43,790 bases of DNA from Priapulus caudatus (lineage: Eukaryota). Positions 38,876 to 43,790 of this stretch are shown here, piece after piece. The stretch's first letter is position 1. Each line of letters starts with the position of its first letter. A model generated the notes under the pieces. That model had not been told where the DNA came from, did no database searches, and saw only the letters and a program-made list of their open reading frames with translations. The position numbers and the translations under genes were made by a program. The DNA is taken from positions 239,140 to 282,929 of the forward strand of contig NW_014577088.1 in assembly GCF_000485595.1 (NCBI RefSeq), read 5' to 3'.

Positions 38876-38985
38876 TGTGCGTGTATCTATTTACGCAAGT
38901 GTGTGCGTGTATCTATTTACGCAAGTGTGTGCGTGTATCTATTTACGCAAGTGTGTGCGTGTATCTATTTACGCAAGTGTGTGCT
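38840..38985. repeat. (GCGT)n followed by a 26-bp tandem repeat x4
   Basis: gtgtatctatttacgcaagtgtgtgc at 38881, 38907, 38933 and 38959. Confidence 0.92.
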
Positions 38986-39712
38986 TGTACGTGCATGCGT
39001 GAGCGTCCTTATGTATGTGCGTGCGTACGTCCTTGTGTGCCTCTGCGTGCGTGTCTGTGTTATCCACTACGTCTTGCCATCTTTTATACGGGTCTCCAAA
39101 GGTTCACTAATTTCATCTATTGATGTGTGCGGGTGATTGGTGTATGTTGTGTGAATGCGTACGTGCGTAGGTACGTGCGCGCTTTTGTGTGCATGTGCGT
39201 GCGCATGCATGCATCAGTTTGAATCATGTTCAGATATGTTACAAGTTTACATGGGTGAGTCGTGTACGTAGTATATGACGTATATAGTGCTGTGTATGTG
39301 AGTGTAAATTCTAGAGTGTATGCGTGCGTCCATGCTTTTGTGCGCGCGTGTATGTGACCGTGTGTGCATATTAGTGTGGGGCATGTGTGAGAACATTGTC
39401 TGCGTAGGTGTACGTGCTTGTGTGCGTGTACGTGCTCGTGTGCGTTTGCGTGGCGAACAAGCGTATATAATTTGATCTGTTTTGAGGGGCATGCGTCATA
39501 CTTTGGCGATGTAATCTTTGTCAGCCTCAAATCATGAGCGGACCAGGGTTTCTTGGCTTCAAAAATGTGAACTACTTGTGAACTCTGTGCGGCTTCACTA
39601 TATGGCGTGCATGCGTGTGATCTACGCCAGGTGCCGTGTTCCAGGCATGCCTCTCACGAGCAGAAACATTTGTCTAGCGTGAAGCATCATTCAGTCCGTT
39701 GATTAATTGCTA

Positions 39713-39910
39713 GTTGTTCTTTTAGAAGAGGAATGCAATAGTCCATGTAATGAATGTGACACGTTAATTATAATGTAAAACGATATATAGGGAAACCTAT
39801 TTTGAATCCTGTGCTCGTTGTTCTTTTAGAAGAGGAATGCAATAGTCCATATAATTAATGTGACGTTAATTATAATGTAAAACGATATATAATTAAACCT
39901 ATTTTGAATA
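39713..39910. repeat. ~104-bp tandem duplication
   Basis: gttgttcttttagaagaggaatgcaatagtccat...aaacctattttgaat at 39713 and 39817. Confidence 0.9.
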
Positions 39911-40613
39911 TCGTGCCGTGGCAGATGTCACACCTCGTAAAAGGTGATGTTACTCTGCATGTCTAGCAGAATTCAGGATAGCGATGTAGTATATACTCAT
40001 ATAAAAACATAATACTATGAAGACATTTCACGTGGGGGCAAGTACACCGCCAACGCCCCCATTTTTAACGCATATCTACACAATTCCTGTGACGTCCACG
40101 GCACAGTTATATTGCATCAGTTTACGTCATCAAAATATCGAACGTTTCAATGCTGGGTTATCCGTTGTTCGAATCACTCACCTAATTATGATGGAAGTAT
40201 TCACGGGAGCACAATGTCTATCAGAATATGGCGTAACCAAGCGCAATTTATGTTTGTAGTCATTTCTATTTGAAATTTCATATATAGTATAATATGCAGC
40301 GATTTTAAGTTGTAATAGTTCAATTTTAAAAATCCTTAGTTTTTAACTTTTTAGTATGCAATGTCAAATTGCGAGAGTGAGATTATACCAATTCTACTGG
40401 TTTCCGTGATGAGGCAATTAACGGTAGCTGCATGGTTAACGGCTAGGAAATCGCCGTATACTGATAACAATTCCGTGAACATTTTCACGAGGTTGATTAT
40501 CACTCAGGATCAACGATTATATTAGATTGCATTTCGATTTTCAGCATTTGAAAGCCTCTTAGGCCCTTTAATGGGAACGAGCGCCAACTAGTTGTTACTT
40601 TTTTTCTTTCTAG

Positions 40614-40670
40614 GCTTCAGAAATACTTGCAATCGATCCAACAAAATGGGACAAACTCACTCCAAAGCAG
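40614..40670 (+). CDS. ITPRID2: ITPRID/SSFA2-like protein exon
   Basis: Long polypyrimidine tract plus tag acceptor, cag|gtaaga donor; ASEILAIDPTKWDKLTPKQ; phase 0-0. Confidence 0.75.
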
Positions 40671-41228
40671 GTAAGAATCAGTACATACTTTTCCAGAAAG
40701 CACTTGACGACCAGAGAAAATGTTGTCTTGTGTTGCATATAGATCTTTCACCAGCATTCTGCATGTCTACCCATCTTCCTACATTGTCCAGTGTAATAAA
40801 TTCTTCTGGGTGCACTGCTTGCACTGCTGATATAAAATCACCTGACTTAAAAAACTGGAATTGGTATAAAGGTTTATTGTTCCTTGAAATAGTTATCATG
40901 AGATTGGTTCAGTTGGTTAGCAGGTGTGTTTGTTTTATACATCAGCGATTTCTACGTTTAACTATGTTATGATCAAATTCTGTTAGCTAATTCGCGTATA
41001 GTAGCTTAGACTGACTCTGTATGTCTTATCAACTTCGTGGGCTCGGTCACAGAAACGATTTCAGTTAGGCTAAGTGTACCTCATAACCGTACTAATTTTA
41101 GAATTTAAATTCTATTCGGTTGTCTCTAAGGTTTCATGCATATTTCCAGTAGCTCTGTAGAGCATGAGAAGATCGCGTGTATGTGTCGACAAACTGGTGT
41201 GTCGTAAACCTTGGATTTTGTTTTCTAG

Positions 41229-41350
41229 CGAGCCTTGCAGGATATTGCTCTCATGACAGAAGCTGTGAACAAGTACGAAGGCGAACTGCTGAAGTGGCAG
41301 GGTTCGGCTAGTCAACGTTACGAAGCCTGCAACAACGTAGAAGGAAAAAC
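41229..41350 (+). CDS. ITPRID2: ITPRID/SSFA2-like protein exon (C-terminal coiled-coil region)
   Basis: ttttctag acceptor, gtaggc donor; RALQDIALMTEAVNKYEGELLKWQGSASQRYEACNNVEGK. Confidence 0.72.
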
Positions 41351-41749
41351 GTAGGCATGCGTAGCGCCCTTAGTTATGGCGTAACGTTGGCTGTTTGTTC
41401 TAGCTGCCTAAAATGTCTTTATGGGAGAATTTCGTAACGGCGTGCTCTTGGGAGCACTCGGAGTGTCTGTCAGCATCCATGCCATCGTGGTCATATAGTG
41501 CTGTGGCCACGCACATATAGAATATTTTGTAGCGGTTTGTGTAACAATAAGATAGCGTAGGGAGTTGGCTTCGCGAACTATGATGAATTTCGAATTATGC
41601 TGCCTATAAGGGGATATTTATAATTTACATGACAGTTTTTTCTCATTTTGTTTGTAAAATATTAATGAGATTCGCATTGATAGAGGTACGTGTGAATGAA
41701 GATTATTATTATATGGACTTTTAATGCTTTTCGTAAATTAAATATAAAT

Positions 41750-41897
41750 TATACTATATAATATATAATATATAATATACTATACTATATATACTATACT
41801 ATACTATACTATATAATTATACTATTTAGTATATACTATAAACTATAAACAATATAAATGATACTATATAGTATATACTATATACTATATATTATAT
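41750..41897. repeat. AT-rich (TATAC)n-like low-complexity tract
   Basis: Seen directly. Confidence 0.85.
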
Positions 41898-41954
41898 ACC
41901 ACGGCACATGTGCTACTATCTACAACAGTGGTTCGATGAATTGCGTTGTTGCAG

Positions 41955-42117
41955 ACAAGAGCTGCAGCGGCTTCAGGCGACGTGTCAGGACATGCTTGCG
42001 GAGGCTGCGCAGATGAAGGGTCTGCTCACCAATCGCAGACGCACGATCAGCACGCGCGAGGAGGCAGACGAGTGTCTGGACGTGCATTCACTGTCCAGTC
42101 TCAACGTTGTGCTGCAG
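41955..42117 (+). CDS. ITPRID2: ITPRID/SSFA2-like protein exon (SSFA2_C-like coiled coil)
   Basis: gttgcag acceptor in phase with the previous exon; QELQRLQATCQDMLAEAAQMKGLLTNRRR...VVLQ; gtgcga donor. Confidence 0.75.
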
Positions 42118-42343
42118 GTGCGAACGCTGCGCCGCGCGTTTCTGGCTGCGCTGCTTGTTTTTTTTTCCGGAAAAATGTGTTTAAGAAATACTCCGCGTTC
42201 TATGTGCTGAAATTTATTTATTTTCTTTCTTTTTTTTTCTTTTTTTTATTATATTGATTTTTATTAATTTATTTACTTAATAAAGCTGTAAGGTGTAGCG
42301 GAAAGCTAGCTTCGATATACGATGATATCCTGCATATGTGATT

Positions 42344-42599
42344 ACATGGTCAACCCTGTGTTAGCGGGCTCATCTGTAGAATGGCCGACTGTCATACTAT
42401 TTGCCATTTTCCTTGTGTGGCAGCTATACAATGAAATCACCTCTATAGTATGGTCACCAATTTCCATGAAGCACACTTTTCACGTCTCCTATGAGTAGCA
42501 GTTATGGAATAAATATATCTCGGTAGAATACATTAGCATAGTCAAATGTCTCTATAAGGGTCAATTTCCGCTTATGTAACCCCCAAGTTTGACTGCATA
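42344..42599. mobile_element. Possible decayed Tc1/mariner-type MITE
   Basis: Ends tacatggtcaaccctgtgttagcgg ... gttttgactgcata loosely resemble TA|CAGTCAAACC...GGTTTGACTG|TA termini; heavily degenerate. Confidence 0.3.
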
Positions 42600-43188
42600 A
42601 CCTTTGGCAATCGTCGTTTAAATTATGGCATATATAAGGGGGAATTCTCCTTACTACAACTGCATTACTATGACTATAATAACTATAACTAATGCGGGTT
42701 TTTTGTGCAGTAGTGGTAAAGTCCCCTTTTCAGTTAATTCCCAGTGACACACAGCAATTTTTCGCGTTTTTGAATTTCTCAGTATGAATTTATCTGTTCG
42801 GGATTGGCTATCTATGGTGATCTCACTTTACGCCGAGCAACAGTCTCGTTCGTCTAGACGATTAATCATTTTGCTGGGTATTCACATTCGCAACGCATAG
42901 CCATTAAACATGTCTATAGATTTCTCATCTTGCCTTTCCGTAATCGTTCGATCAATGTAACGGCAAGAATTCCGCGTACGAGAATCAACTACGATCGTCC
43001 AAAATCCTCTAACGGTCGGTCACGTGTCGCCATCAGTTTCCAATCGATGCACTGCGAATGTCATCTCGTTATTTCATTTTCTGTGACGTCATTTCGGTAC
43101 GGAAACGCGCGAAAACCGAGTAGCGCTGCATTGAGTGGCGGCGCCTTGGCTTCTCGCGGTGCGTGTTTGAATCACCTCTGCCTTTCAG

Positions 43189-43368
43189 ATGGTGAAGCTG
43201 CTGCGTGAACAGGCCGCACTCTGCAACAACTCTCTGGAGAATGAGATGCACACGGCCATCAGTAACGCGGCCAACAGCAGTCACTCGTCGTGCGAGTCGA
43301 ACAGTAGCCTCGCCGACCAGAGCCAGGACCCTGCCAGCTGCATGAAGCAGCTCAGAGACCAGCTGTCG
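43189..43368 (+). CDS. ITPRID2: ITPRID/SSFA2-like protein exon (SSFA2_C-like)
   Basis: ctttcag acceptor, gtgagg donor; MVKLLREQAAL resembles the family L(I/L)REQxxL motif; the gene continues beyond the window. Confidence 0.78.
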
Positions 43369-43469
43369 GTGAGGCCATGGCGCAGCGAGATGTGCGCGAT
43401 GAGATGTCACTGGCTTCGTCTGTCATTTCTATGGGGAAACCATGCAGTTTCGTATCGTAGCATTAAGAA

Positions 43470-43790
43470 AGAGAGAGAGAGAGAGAGAGAGAGCGCGAGA
43501 GAGAGTGAGAGGGTGTGTGTGCTAGAGAGAGAGAGAGAGAGATAGAGAGAGTGAGCGTGATAGAGAGAGAGTGTGAGAGAGTGTGTGTGATAGAGAGAGA
43601 GAGAGCGAGAGAGAGAGTGAGAGCGTGATAGAGAGAGAGTGTGAGAGAGTGTGTGTGATAGAGAGAGAGAGAGCGAGAGAGAGAGTGAGAGCGTGATAGA
43701 GAGAGAGTGTGAGAGAGTGTGTGTGATAGAGAGAGAGAGAGCGAGAGAGAGAGTGAGAGCGTGATAGAGAGAGAGTGTGAGAGAGTGTGT
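43470..43790. repeat. (GA)n-derived 68-bp higher-order tandem repeat
   Basis: gcgtgatagagagagagtgtgagagagtgtgtgtgata recurs at 43555, 43623, 43691 and 43759. Confidence 0.9.

Noticed and set aside
41929..41954. Upstream acceptor giving WFDELRCCR as the exon start
   Set aside because: Poor polypyrimidine tract; the acceptor before 41955 matches the phase-2 donor at 41351

Overview
Eukaryotic (invertebrate-like, repeat-rich, partly error-prone and gapped) genomic DNA, not prokaryotic. Most of the window is one + strand multi-exon gene of the ITPRID/SSFA2(KRAP)/TESPA1 family of IP3-receptor-interacting proteins. I traced 14 phase-consistent GT-AG coding exons from 6035 to 43368 (about 4850 nt, about 1600 aa). 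I could not locate the true 5' or 3' end. The KRAP-type IP3R-binding motif lies at 6.5-8.0 kb and an SSFA2_C-like coiled coil at 41-43 kb. Two candidate alternative isoforms are visible: a read-through terminal exon at 7932-8857 and an internal first exon at about 38656-38819. Upstream of the first traced exon lies an internally deleted PIF/Harbinger transposon. The roughly 24-kb intron (16818-40613) contains a large inverted duplication (about 19.7-30.2 kb, flanked by N gaps) with a Helentron/HINE-like insertion in one arm, two arrays of a 24-bp minisatellite, a TIR-bounded non-coding element and many microsatellites. Family assignments come from recalled motifs, not from database searches.
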